A DNA stretch of 51,700 bases from an uncultured Thermodesulfobacteriota bacterium (GTDB taxonomy: Bacteria > Desulfobacterota > WTBG01 > CAIYCZ01 > CAIRTM01): positions 1 through 51,700 of the forward strand of contig CAYNVA010000379.1 of the NCBI GenBank assembly GCA_964400575.1, read 5' to 3'. Positions 8,741 through 18,231 of this stretch are shown one piece after another. The notes beneath the pieces are model-generated. The model saw nothing but the letters and a program-made list of their open reading frames with translations, was not told the origin of the DNA and searched no databases. Within the stretch, counting starts at the first letter, position 1, and every line of letters begins with the position of its first letter. The translations under genes and the position numbers were made by a program.

Positions 8741-10462
8741 TCACAGGCCCATAAGCTCAGAATAGTCTTGCAGAAGCAGCGTATCGGCCGATTTGATCCG
8801 CTGGGCGCGCATTTTGATACAATGCTCCCGGCCGGCAATAAAAAGGCTGGCCATCTTCAGCTTGCGCGAAGAAGCCCCTGACTGCAGCAGCAGCAGATAG
8901 CCCATGGTAATATCGCAGGCCATGTCGACCAGGTCCCGGCTGCACAGATCCATGCGCTGAGCGTCCGCGGCCGCGTTGAGCACTTCGACCGACTGCTGCA
9001 GAAGCTCACGGCTGTGCTGCAAACGTTTGGCAAGAGCGGCCTGGGGCTTGTCAAACTGCGCTGCGGCAAGTTCCTCGAAATACTTTTCCATGGTGCCGCT
9101 CAGTATGCCGCGAAATGCGCTCATGATCTGCAGCTGCGAGGTGCCCTCATAGATGGTCGTGATGCGGGCGTCGCGGTAATATTTTTCAACGGGATAGTCG
9201 CGCATATAGCCGCTGCCGCCAAGCACCTGCATGGCCGTGCTGGTGACGCGGATACTCATCTCGGAGCAGTAGTATTTGTCAAGGGAGGTCAGCAGCATCA
9301 GGCTGCGCTCATAGCGTTTGGCATCCTTTTTGAGCTGTTTTTTCTCATCAGCTGCAAGCCCGGAAGCTGCAAGCCGCTTGGCGGTGCCCAGTGCCAGATC
9401 CATGACCCGGGCGGTCTCATAGGTAAGGCTGCGCGCGGCTTCAATCTCCATCTGCATGTCCACAAGCATCGCGGCAACGGCAGGCAGCTGCTCGATGCGC
9501 CGGCCATACTGCTTGCGCACGCGGGCATATGCCAGGGCCTCGGAGAATGCGGCCTGCGCAATCCCGACGGCCTGGGCGGCTGTGGCAAGCCGCGCGCCGT
9601 TTAAGAGCGAGAGCGCGTAGGTCATCAGGCCCCGCTGCCGATCGCCGATAATAAAGCCTGGCGCGTCATGAAAGACAAGCTCGCAGGTCGGGGAGCTGTG
9701 AATGCCCAGCTTGTCCTCGATCCTGCGCACGGTTATGGCGGGGCCGGCCTCGCACAGGAAAAGGCTCAGGCCGAGGCCGTCGGTCGTGCCCTCTTCGGAC
9801 CGGGCAAGCACCAGCAGCACCTCTGCGCCGCCATTGGTGATGAACCGTTTGACGCCGTTTAAGCGCCACGAGCCGTCGGGCTGCTCTGCGGCCCGCATTT
9901 TTACATTCTGCAGATCACTGCCGGCCTCTTCTTCGGTGAGGGCCATGGCTCCCGTGACCCTGCCCCGGGCAAACAGCGGCAGATATTTCTCTTTCAGCTC
10001 CTGGCAGGCAAATGTTTCGATGATGCCCGCAATGCCCTGAAGCCCGAAAATATTCTGCAGTCCCGCGTCGGCCCGCGAGATGATCTCAACCAAGATGGTG
10101 AAAATGAAGGTCGGCAGGTTCAGCCCGCCATAGCAGCGCGAGATGCAGCAGCCCATGAGCTCAGCCTGCGTGAGCGCCTGCACGCACCGGACAAGGGCCG
10201 GGCTGTACGCGGTCGCGCCGCTGCGGATCGTGGTATGCTCATCGTCAAGGGACTTGCTCAAGGGCGCCACGATCCGGGCCGCCATATCGCCTGCCAGGCA
10301 GAGCACCCGGCGGTAGTTGTCACGGGCGTCGGCAAGGTCGGCAGGAGCATAGTCAAAGCGGTCATGCTCGCGGAAGCCGTCTTCATACCATGAGATAATG
10401 ACGTCGAGATCCGTGTTTTCGAAAATGAAGGCGAGATCCTGGTTGTCGGTAAAAAAGTTCAT
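8741..10462 (-). CDS. acyl-CoA dehydrogenase (long form with C-terminal extension)
   Basis: 573 aa with ACAD N-terminal, middle and C-terminal motifs (TEEEAGSD, GxKxFITNG, YEGTSQLQ). It sits directly downstream of etfBA. Confidence 0.85.
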   Translation of the reverse strand: MNFFTDNQDLAFIFENTDLDVIISWYEDGFREHDRFDYAPADLADARDNYRRVLCLAGDMAARIVAPLSKSLDDEHTTIRSGATAYSPALVRCVQALTQAELMGCCISRCYGGLNLPTFIFTILVEIISRADAGLQNIFGLQGIAGIIETFACQELKEKYLPLFARGRVTGAMALTEEEAGSDLQNVKMRAAEQPDGSWRLNGVKRFITNGGAEVLLVLARSEEGTTDGLGLSLFLCEAGPAITVRRIEDKLGIHSSPTCELVFHDAPGFIIGDRQRGLMTYALSLLNGARLATAAQAVGIAQAAFSEALAYARVRKQYGRRIEQLPAVAAMLVDMQMEIEAARSLTYETARVMDLALGTAKRLAASGLAADEKKQLKKDAKRYERSLMLLTSLDKYYCSEMSIRVTSTAMQVLGGSGYMRDYPVEKYYRDARITTIYEGTSQLQIMSAFRGILSGTMEKYFEELAAAQFDKPQAALAKRLQHSRELLQQSVEVLNAAADAQRMDLCSRDLVDMACDITMGYLLLLQSGASSRKLKMASLFIAGREHCIKMRAQRIKSADTLLLQDYSELMGL

Positions 10463-10469
10463 GGCGTTT

Positions 10470-11513
10470 TCAGTGGCTCAGGTGCCTGTAGGTGTTTAAT
10501 AGTTTCGGAACGACGTCTTTCACATCGCCGATGATGCCGTAGTGGGCAACGCTGAAAATGGGCGCGTCGGGATCGGTATTGACGGCGATAATTTTGCCCG
10601 ACTCCTGCATGCCTGCCAGATGCTGCACCGCACCCGATATGCCGCAGGCGATATAGAGCTTGGGCCGGACGCTTATGCCGGTCTGGCCAACCTGATACTC
10701 GTGGCCGATGAAGCCCGCATCGACGGCTGCGCGCGTGGCTGCCACCTCGCCCCCGAACGCATGGGCCAGCTGCCGCAGCAGATCGAAGTTTTCCTTCGTG
10801 CCCATGCCCGCGCCCCCTGCCACGATAATGCCGGCGGCTTTGAGATTTACTGTGCGCTGGGTCAGTATGCGCTTGAGCACCGTGGTCTTGATGTCACCCT
10901 CCTGCACGTCGGGCGGGATGTGCATAATATCGCCCCGTGACGAGCGCACGGGCTGGGGCATCTTCATAATGCCTTCACGGATGGTTGCCATCTGGGGCCG
11001 CGTTTCAGGGCTGACGATGGTTGCAATAATATTGCCGCCCCAGGCCGGGCGGATCTGCAGCAGAATATTTGTATACTCCTGCCTGGTTTTGTGGTCGATG
11101 TAGGAGCCGATCTTCAAATCGGTGCAGTCAGCGGTGAGCCCCACGCGCAGGGCTGATGCGATGCGGGGCGCAAGGTCCCGGCCCTGCGGCGTTGCGGCCG
11201 TGAGAAAAATAGCAGGGCGCTTGCTGCGGATGAGCTTGCACAGGGCCTTGGCATAAATCGCCGAGGAATACGGTTCAAGATGGCGGGACTGCAGCACATA
11301 GACCTTCTGGGCTCCGTACATGAGCACCTTTTCGGCAAGCACATCCACTTTGTCACCCGCAAGCACGCCCGCAACGCTCACCTTGAGCACAGCGGCAAGC
11401 TCACAGGCTTTGCCGAGCACTTCAAGGGATGGCTCAATAACGTCCCTGCCCTGATGCTGAATATAGACCCAAACTTCGCCGTCCTGCTCCATGGGATATG
11501 CTCTGTCAGTCAA
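10470..11513 (-). CDS. etfA: electron transfer flavoprotein alpha subunit
   Basis: 347 aa with the C-terminal FAD-binding region (GISGAVQHLAGM, IIAVNTDPDAPIF). Confidence 0.9.
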   Translation of the reverse strand: MTDRAYPMEQDGEVWVYIQHQGRDVIEPSLEVLGKACELAAVLKVSVAGVLAGDKVDVLAEKVLMYGAQKVYVLQSRHLEPYSSAIYAKALCKLIRSKRPAIFLTAATPQGRDLAPRIASALRVGLTADCTDLKIGSYIDHKTRQEYTNILLQIRPAWGGNIIATIVSPETRPQMATIREGIMKMPQPVRSSRGDIMHIPPDVQEGDIKTTVLKRILTQRTVNLKAAGIIVAGGAGMGTKENFDLLRQLAHAFGGEVAATRAAVDAGFIGHEYQVGQTGISVRPKLYIACGISGAVQHLAGMQESGKIIAVNTDPDAPIFSVAHYGIIGDVKDVVPKLLNTYRHLSH

Positions 11514-12366
11514 AGGTATAGTCTGCTATAAGTTCTTCAAGCAGCAGCCGTATGCCGTCATCACCCGGATCGATCTTTTTAAAATCCCTGCCCGTGAGCA
11601 CCACGCTCTCAATTTTCTGTACGCGCGTAGGAGAGCCTGCAAGCCCGCACATCGGGGCATCCACGCCGATGGTCCGGGCGCTCCATTCTTCAATAAGCAG
11701 CCCGCGGCAGGCAAGCTCGCCCGGGGCTGCGCCGGGGGCAAGCTCCGAAGGCGTCCTGGCGTTTTTAAAGCGCATGATCCGCTTTGCTGAAAACGGTCGC
11801 GGCATGTTGGCTGTGCAGCTTACGGTCAGCAGCACCGGGAGCTTTGATTCGGCAAGCTCGCGCCCATCCTCGACTTCGCGCCAGCAGGAGCATTTCAGGT
11901 CATCCACCTGATCGATCTGGTCGACATAGGTTATCTGGTTCATATCGAGCTTTTCAGCCACCTGCGGCCCGACCTGGGCCGTATTGCCGTCGATGGCCTG
12001 ACGGCCGCACAGGACGAGATCGACCGCCCCCAGATGCCTGATGGCCTGGCTGAGAACATAGGATGTTGCAAGGGTATCGGAGCCTGCAAAAATCCGGTCG
12101 GTGAGCAGGATTGCGCGGTCTGCGCCCATGTAGAGCGCCTCGCGAAGCACCTCGGCGGCATGGGCCGGCCCCATGGTGAGCACCGTGACCGAAGCGCCGC
12201 AGCGGTCCTTAAGATCAAGGGCCATTTCAAGGGCGTTCATGTCCTCGGGGTTGAAAACCGCGGGCAGGGCCGAGCGGTTCAGCGTGCCGTCATCCTTCAT
12301 GGCATGCGTGGAAACAGCCGTTGTGTCGGGCACCTGTTTGATAAGTACAGCAATGCTGAGCGGCAT
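11506..12366 (-). CDS. etfB: electron transfer flavoprotein beta subunit
   Basis: The N-terminus IAVLIKQVPDT and NPEDMNALEMAL are typical EtfB motifs. It overlaps the etfA start by 8 nt. Confidence 0.9.
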   Translation of the reverse strand: MPLSIAVLIKQVPDTTAVSTHAMKDDGTLNRSALPAVFNPEDMNALEMALDLKDRCGASVTVLTMGPAHAAEVLREALYMGADRAILLTDRIFAGSDTLATSYVLSQAIRHLGAVDLVLCGRQAIDGNTAQVGPQVAEKLDMNQITYVDQIDQVDDLKCSCWREVEDGRELAESKLPVLLTVSCTANMPRPFSAKRIMRFKNARTPSELAPGAAPGELACRGLLIEEWSARTIGVDAPMCGLAGSPTRVQKIESVVLTGRDFKKIDPGDDGIRLLLEELIADYTFD

Positions 12367-12448
12367 ATATAATAAGCAGTGAATAATTTAAAATTGTTGC
12401 TCAGTATAGGCATTGCACAATTGCCTGTCAATACTTAAACCAATGATG

Positions 12449-12572
12449 TTTAATCGCACCGCTCGCTTTTTTGCCCGGACGCCCCGGCCCACAACTTGCG
12501 GCTGATTTTATATTGACACACAATCCCCCTCAGCCTATATTCGCCCCGGCTCAAAGCGGGTTCCTGTCAATT
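12449..12572 (+). repeat. promoter-bearing interspersed repeat, copy 1
   Basis: Aligns along its length with 18076-18199 and, as reverse complement, with copies 3-6. Confidence 0.85.
12513..12541 (+). promoter_or_regulatory. consensus sigma70-type promoter inside repeat copy 1
   Basis: TTGACA (12513-18), 17 nt spacer, TATATT (12536-41). Confidence 0.65.
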
Positions 12573-12662
12573 CTCATCATGTCGCCCTTCCTTATATGCT
12601 TCGCCTGAAGGCGCGGCGGGTTCAACCTTGCCAGTGCGCAGCGCTCAGTTCTGCATAACACA

Positions 12663-12780
12663 ATAAAGGGGGCTGAACAGCTATTCACCCTGAGGTATCC
12701 AAGGGCGACCGGCATTGGCTCATGCTTCGATACCTCAGGGTGAACCGTAAAAGAAGCACCGGAGAAACCGGCCCCTTTAT
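12663..12780. other. nested hairpin element
   Basis: The outer arms are ataaagggggc and gcccctttat. The inner stem is a perfect 16 bp pairing, ttcaccctgaggtatc (12684-99) with gatacctcagggtgaa (12729-44). Confidence 0.6.
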
Positions 12781-12794
12781 CGTATGATGTTGTA

Positions 12795-13499
12795 CTAAGG
12801 TGCTTTATAGTCGATCATCTCAATGTAGCGCTTCGGTGTGCCGGGAGGGCCTTCGGGCCCCTTGTACATGACCATATAGTGCGGTGGTTTGACGGTGTAC
12901 CACAATTCAAGCTCCGGCAGAATGGTGGCAAAGAATCCATCAATTCCAAATTCAAGTTTGTAGCATTCTATATCGCTACCGTTAATTTTGACTCGTTCCC
13001 GATCTTTATTCCTGACGCAAAGGTTGAATTTCCCCCCCCCGCTCCCGCCGTAATACCTGATGCTGATTTTATTTTTTGATTCAAAAGGAAATCCCCTTAA
13101 TAAATGCGTTAAAGCAACAAAGTGGGGTACTGTAACAGCATCATCCCTGGTGTTAGGTTTCGTGTCCCTGATAATGAGTTTGGAGTCCAGGGTCGCAGCG
13201 TCATATTTTTGGATGGTGTGGACAGAGGATACCGTCATATCCTTTCTGTCAATACGAATATAAGTATCCAACGCCGGCGACCGGGAAGAAATTTCGTATA
13301 AGGTCTTTTGCCCCTCGCTGATTAAGATAATTTGTTCCTCCATGATTATGGTTTTGCCTTCGCTCTGGCTTCTGTATGTAATTGTTTCACCGTTGGGTAT
13401 CTCAGGGTCAAGAAACTGAAAGCCCGCCCAACTGATATCACCGATGAGCGCCGGCAGGAAAGCCATCCAGAAGACAAACAGTGTTGAGCGAAAATTCAT
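12795..13499 (-). CDS. exported hypothetical protein
   Basis: ATG 13499 is preceded by AAGGTGG. A hydrophobic signal-like N-terminus is present. The gene looks AT-rich. Confidence 0.6.
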   Translation of the reverse strand: MNFRSTLFVFWMAFLPALIGDISWAGFQFLDPEIPNGETITYRSQSEGKTIIMEEQIILISEGQKTLYEISSRSPALDTYIRIDRKDMTVSSVHTIQKYDAATLDSKLIIRDTKPNTRDDAVTVPHFVALTHLLRGFPFESKNKISIRYYGGSGGGKFNLCVRNKDRERVKINGSDIECYKLEFGIDGFFATILPELELWYTVKPPHYMVMYKGPEGPPGTPKRYIEMIDYKAP

Positions 13500-13540
13500 A
13501 GTAACGACCACCTTCATACAGCATATCCAAAAGACGATAT

Positions 13541-15913
13541 TCAGTTAATTATATCCGGCTGTTCATGCACGATGATTTCTCCCTTATATCCGTCGACTGC
13601 AACGATGGTACCGTCAATCAGGGAACATGCTCCGTCAATAGAAGTGATGGCAGGGATTTTATATTCACGGGCGAGAATGGAACAGTGGGAAAGAATGCCG
13701 CCCGCTTCAGAAATGATCGCGCCAGCTTTAGCAAACAAGGGCGCCAGCCCTATATCTGAATAAGGTATTACGAGAATATCACCCTGATGCATTTTTATAT
13801 GTTCCTTGATGCCGTTAACGACTTTCACGCGCCCGCAATAATATCCACGAGATGTGGCGATGCCTTTAAAAGAGCTTTTTTTCGAAAGTCCAGCAGGAGG
13901 TTCCTGGTCGCCGTAAATAATATTCGGTAGTTCTATATTTTTATATTGGGCGATTTCCTGTTTGCGCCTGGCAATTGCCTTTATGTGCGAGTCGCTAAAA
14001 ACACCCGAATATGCGATTTCTTTAATTTCATCAAAAAACAGAAGGAAAATGTCCTCTGTTGTTTCAATATATCCTTTTTGTTTATATAAAACGCCCATAT
14101 TCAAAAACAAATTTCTTAACAGACCATAACTATAGGTATAAAGATAACTGACCGCTTCCTTATATCTTCTGTTTCTTTGAACCTTTTTAAGGGTTATGTG
14201 CAGCAGCCATTTTTTGAAAAAGGGGACATGTTTCAGGATATCGATATCCTGATGGGTCGATTGGTTCATTTGATTTTCATAGTTCGCTACAATGTGCAAT
14301 ATTAAAGCCGGGGTCTCCCGCCAGGGCGGGCAGGAGAAGTCATTGCCACTGTCGCTGACATGTCCAAACCGTTCCAAAAAACCGGCCATCTCAGCTTTGA
14401 AACCGTCAATACCTTGTAACGGTAAAAAATCATTGTATGAGATCTTTTTTATTTTCTCTTGCTGTACGGGGCTGAGTTTTCTAAATTGTTTATGCAGCCT
14501 GTGCAAATGCATGGTGGGGTCAAAATTTTCCAGATCTTTTGCGTCCCCAACCCTCGCCAGAGCTTCAGCATCAAACCCTTGTTGAGCAAGCAGGGTTCTG
14601 AGCAGATAGGTGAACACATACAGAATGAGCGGTGTTACAAGGTAGTAATAGCTGATCTCTGCGGTCAGCTTTAATAAGCCTTCAATTTTTTTCAATAGTT
14701 GTTTTTCAGTCAACCGGGCAGGATCAGCGGTACCGAAGCCCTTAATTTTAACTTCCATTTCTTTTAAAAAAGGATCCAGCTTTCTGGAAAATCTTATTTT
14801 GTCCAAAATGAATAAAAATACTCGCGGCACGAATATAAGGGACCGCAGTCCCGGCCGGTAGTACAGCTTTTTCGAACGATCCATGTCACCGCTGAAAAGC
14901 GTATGTAATGTTTTATTTGAAAACCCAAGCTGTTTGAAAATACTTTCGATCACACCGGTATTAAAGTACGCTCGATAATAAAATGCTTTTGCCAGACGAA
15001 GGGCATCAAGGTCATTGGGACCGAGCATCTCAGTCAGCATTGCAATCCAGGCGCCGTTAATCAGGGGGATGTTAATCGACCAGACGAGCGGCTTGATGAT
15101 GCCGGGTAGAAACTCCTTTGAAAAATTATTTGTGTAGACATTAACTGACTGCACTACGGTTATTTCTCGCAATTGCAGCCAGTATAACTCCTGACCATTA
15201 AAGCACCATTCGAGATCAAGGGGTTTCCCATAGCGCCGTGAGATCTTTTTTGACTGTCTGACCAGCCGAGCAATAACTTTTCTGGATAGTATGTTTCTGC
15301 CGGGTTCTTCCACATACTCATCCTGATCGATAATCCAGCGAAAAGGGGTTCTGCCGCTCTGAAAAAGTCCTTCACCATTATCCTTGACGGCCTCAATAAT
15401 CGTTTCATTATGGCCGGTCACCGGGTTTCTGGTAAAGACGACTCCGGCGAAAACTGCTGTAACCATCTCCTGAATGATGACAGCCATCAGAAAATCGTTT
15501 GATTGTGCGCCCGTTTTATTGATATAGGACCGAACCTGCTCCGAATCCGCTTTTTGCCAGACAGTTTCGATGGCATTCATGACAGCATCGACGCCCTGTA
15601 CATTCAGCACAGTTGTGAAAAGGCCCGCGTAGGAATACTGGCTGTTGTCCTCGCGGTTCGATGAAGAACGGACAGCAAAGGTTTTATTATTGTTTGCTAT
15701 TGGAAATAGCGCGTCGCGAACCGCTTTTTTGGTTTCATCGGGATGGGATAAAAAGTTTTTATACGCCTCCCAGGTGCAGATATATGTCTCAGGGATGCTG
15801 CACTGAGAATCGCGGAGAAAAAGAAGCGAACGGGCTTTGTTGCCGATTGGGGAATTGCTGGAGCAATCGCTCAGTTTGACAATATACTCAAGTGCCATAA
15901 GCCATTCCATCAA
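13541..15913 (-). CDS. PEP-utilising enzyme family phosphotransferase (PpsA / rifampicin-phosphotransferase-like architecture)
   Basis: 790 aa. It has an N-terminal PEP/pyruvate-binding ATP-grasp region and a C-terminal swivel domain with GGILSHCSILAREYKIPAI (phospho-His). Confidence 0.75.
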   Translation of the reverse strand: MMEWLMALEYIVKLSDCSSNSPIGNKARSLLFLRDSQCSIPETYICTWEAYKNFLSHPDETKKAVRDALFPIANNNKTFAVRSSSNREDNSQYSYAGLFTTVLNVQGVDAVMNAIETVWQKADSEQVRSYINKTGAQSNDFLMAVIIQEMVTAVFAGVVFTRNPVTGHNETIIEAVKDNGEGLFQSGRTPFRWIIDQDEYVEEPGRNILSRKVIARLVRQSKKISRRYGKPLDLEWCFNGQELYWLQLREITVVQSVNVYTNNFSKEFLPGIIKPLVWSINIPLINGAWIAMLTEMLGPNDLDALRLAKAFYYRAYFNTGVIESIFKQLGFSNKTLHTLFSGDMDRSKKLYYRPGLRSLIFVPRVFLFILDKIRFSRKLDPFLKEMEVKIKGFGTADPARLTEKQLLKKIEGLLKLTAEISYYYLVTPLILYVFTYLLRTLLAQQGFDAEALARVGDAKDLENFDPTMHLHRLHKQFRKLSPVQQEKIKKISYNDFLPLQGIDGFKAEMAGFLERFGHVSDSGNDFSCPPWRETPALILHIVANYENQMNQSTHQDIDILKHVPFFKKWLLHITLKKVQRNRRYKEAVSYLYTYSYGLLRNLFLNMGVLYKQKGYIETTEDIFLLFFDEIKEIAYSGVFSDSHIKAIARRKQEIAQYKNIELPNIIYGDQEPPAGLSKKSSFKGIATSRGYYCGRVKVVNGIKEHIKMHQGDILVIPYSDIGLAPLFAKAGAIISEAGGILSHCSILAREYKIPAITSIDGACSLIDGTIVAVDGYKGEIIVHEQPDIIN

Positions 15914-16151
15914 TTTTATTAATCGTCTGTGATAAAGTATAAATCAAATACAGGTCCTAAGTGTGCCCGGCTTTTCCCCGACCGTAAAGATTTTGCTGCA
16001 TGGCGGCCATAGTATGCTTAACAACAAGAACCACAGGACAATTGCAGAGACAAACTAATTATAAAACGCACCTGTCACAACGGCCGAACCGTCAAAAACC
16101 CCTGTGCGGGTCAGCCGGCAGGGCTCTATGTTCAAGCAGAAAATAAAACGA

Positions 16152-16820
16152 TCAAACCGGGAAAAATATTCGGGAAATCTTTTTAAAACTTCCCATTAAC
16201 GCCTTTTTGTTTAATGGATCGCTGTTAAAAATTTGATAATAGTTATAGTCATCAAGCTTCAATCTGTTGTTTATAAAAATTGTCAGACTTAAAAATAGGC
16301 AGAAGGTTGTAAAGTAAACATCGTTTTCGACGAGGTGAAATATAACCGGCAACAATAAGATGGGTATCGTTTTTATTTTAGGATTGTTTTTTGAGATAAA
16401 AACAACAGCAGCCCATACGACGAGTAATAGCATACATGCATAAGGCGACAGAATCAGCAGGCTCCAGACGGCCACCGTAGTTCCCTTACCCCCTTTGCCT
16501 TTGAGAAAGATTGAAAAACTGGTGCCCAAAAACGCAAGATATACAAATAGCAGTGTTACGTTCAGATTGCCCTCAAATACATATTTAGCGGTCAGAATGG
16601 GAAAGACAGCCTTGGTTATTTCCCCTCCTACCGTAAAAATTCCAACGGCCATGCCACCCGCTTTAAACGCATTGGTGACGCCGATATTGCCGGTGCCTTC
16701 TTTGGCCAGGTTTCTTTTTTTGAACAGCCAGGTGGCGATGCATGCATAGGGCAGAGCGCCATAGAGATATGCCGCAATTGCAAAAAGTGTTAATTGCAGG
16801 TAGTCCAAATTGGTCCTCAT
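16152..16820 (-). CDS. PlsY-family (glycerol-3-phosphate acyltransferase-like) membrane protein
   Basis: GTGNIGVTNAFKAGG and KGGKGTT motifs in a polytopic membrane protein. The internal ATG 16820 is chosen as start. Confidence 0.65.
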   Translation of the reverse strand: MRTNLDYLQLTLFAIAAYLYGALPYACIATWLFKKRNLAKEGTGNIGVTNAFKAGGMAVGIFTVGGEITKAVFPILTAKYVFEGNLNVTLLFVYLAFLGTSFSIFLKGKGGKGTTVAVWSLLILSPYACMLLLVVWAAVVFISKNNPKIKTIPILLLPVIFHLVENDVYFTTFCLFLSLTIFINNRLKLDDYNYYQIFNSDPLNKKALMGSFKKISRIFFPV

Positions 16821-16931
16821 AAGTAAAGTCAAAACCACCTGCACAGCCGGGGGTGGCCTGTTCTCGGTCTGAAAGGGGGCCAATCAAAGACACAGAGCGT
16901 TTGCATTGCCTATTCCGGGAAAAAACAAAAA

Positions 16932-17639
16932 TTATTTTTTGGTGCGAATGCCGCACAGCTGTTTCCAAAACAGGACAACCATCGCAACAATTAAAAAAGC
17001 AACGACTGACAAAACAATTATATCCTTTGAAACACCTTTTTCCAAAACAATTTTAAATTGATCACCGACGACCGTCATGATTATCACAGAGGGTGCGATA
17101 CCGATAATGGTTCCCGCAGCATATTTCATGAAGGGTATATGAAAAGCCCCCGCAAGAAGATTGGTCACGGTATAGGGCGCTGCCGGCAGGAGTCGCGAAA
17201 AAACAATGGCCAGGAAGCTATGCCGTGAAAGTATTTGTCTGACCTTGTGCAGTCGATTGCCCTGCAGGACAGCAATTGTTTTTTGGTTAAAATAATATCC
17301 CAGCATATATAAAACCGTCGCATTGACAAACAAGGCAATCAAAGAATAGCAAAAACCCTCTGCGGGTCCAAAGACAAAAGCTGTTGCGGGAATGAGAATG
17401 ACAATCGGGAACGCAACAAGCCCGCTAATGGTATATACGAAGACAACTGCCAGACACGCCCGCAGGCGTGAATCAAAAAAAAGGGATGAAGATAAAATAT
17501 TTTCTATGTCGATCAGCTTTCCCAGTGGGGTGAAACGCCAGGCAAAGGAGAGGAGGATAAGCATGAGTATCATGAATACCCATAGAATCAACCGAACTTT
17601 CGTTGCCAGCGAGCTTTCTTTTTCCAACAATGCTTTCAT
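16932..17639 (-). CDS. TVP38/TMEM64 (DedA-related) family membrane protein
   Basis: 235 aa polytopic protein with FRLLPAAPYTVTNLLAG-type motifs. Confidence 0.65.
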   Translation of the reverse strand: MKALLEKESSLATKVRLILWVFMILMLILLSFAWRFTPLGKLIDIENILSSSLFFDSRLRACLAVVFVYTISGLVAFPIVILIPATAFVFGPAEGFCYSLIALFVNATVLYMLGYYFNQKTIAVLQGNRLHKVRQILSRHSFLAIVFSRLLPAAPYTVTNLLAGAFHIPFMKYAAGTIIGIAPSVIIMTVVGDQFKIVLEKGVSKDIIVLSVVAFLIVAMVVLFWKQLCGIRTKK

Positions 17640-18039
17640 TTGGATTTTTTAAAAAACTCTCGTAGCTGAGAGCACGGTTTGTCTGAATGCACCGGTTTGC
17701 TCACGGAATTTTCCATTTCGATTTGCATCGGTTATTCCGCGGCATAAAAACAGAATTCTCCGAAACTCCGGGCCAGAGCATTTCTCAAAAAAATACCGTC
17801 ATAATTCTGATGAACTTTTGGTGAGAACAGCCCGCGGGGTTCAAGCTATGATCCTCAGAATTCTATATGGACGAGCTTTTCCCCTCATATGACTGCGCCG
17901 ACCCTGATTATCCCTTTGAAGCCTCTCTGTGATTTGAAAAATCAGGCTTCCCGTGAGGGGTGCATACAAAAACAGCTCTCAAAAAAACCAATCTTATCTA
18001 CCGGGATGCCCCGCCTTGTAGGCGGGGAGCATCACCTAT

Positions 18040-18199
18040 CGCCACACTATCAGACGATGCAGCGCGCCACAACTTTTTAATCGCATCGCTCGCTTTTTTG
18101 CCCGGACGCCCCGGCCCATATCCTGTGGCTGATTTTATATTGACACACAATCCCCCTCAGCCTATATTCGCCCCAGCTCAAAGCGGGTTCCTGTCAATT
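18040..18199 (+). repeat. promoter-bearing interspersed repeat, copy 2 (long form)
   Basis: 18076-18199 is nearly identical to copy 1. 18040-18075 matches the extra segment (ccacaNatcagac...) seen in copies 5 and 6. Confidence 0.85.
18140..18168 (+). promoter_or_regulatory. consensus sigma70-type promoter inside repeat copy 2
   Basis: TTGACA (18140-45), N17, TATATT (18163-68). It faces the ORF starting at 18232. Confidence 0.65.
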
Positions 18200-18231
18200 G
18201 CCAAAACAACTCCTGCAATGAAAGGATACGC

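Noticed and set aside
12600-12640. tRNA-like T-loop string (gggttcaacc) and similar strings at 17838 and 23386.
   Set aside because: There are no flanking acceptor or T-stem complementarity and no cloverleaf. I found no tRNA, rRNA, tmRNA or RNase P-like sequence in any intergenic gap.
17860-17925. 21-codon ORF MDELFPSYDCADPDYPFEASL upstream of repeat copy 2.
   Set aside because: There is no RBS or conservation evidence. It may be a gene fragment, but that cannot be supported from sequence alone.
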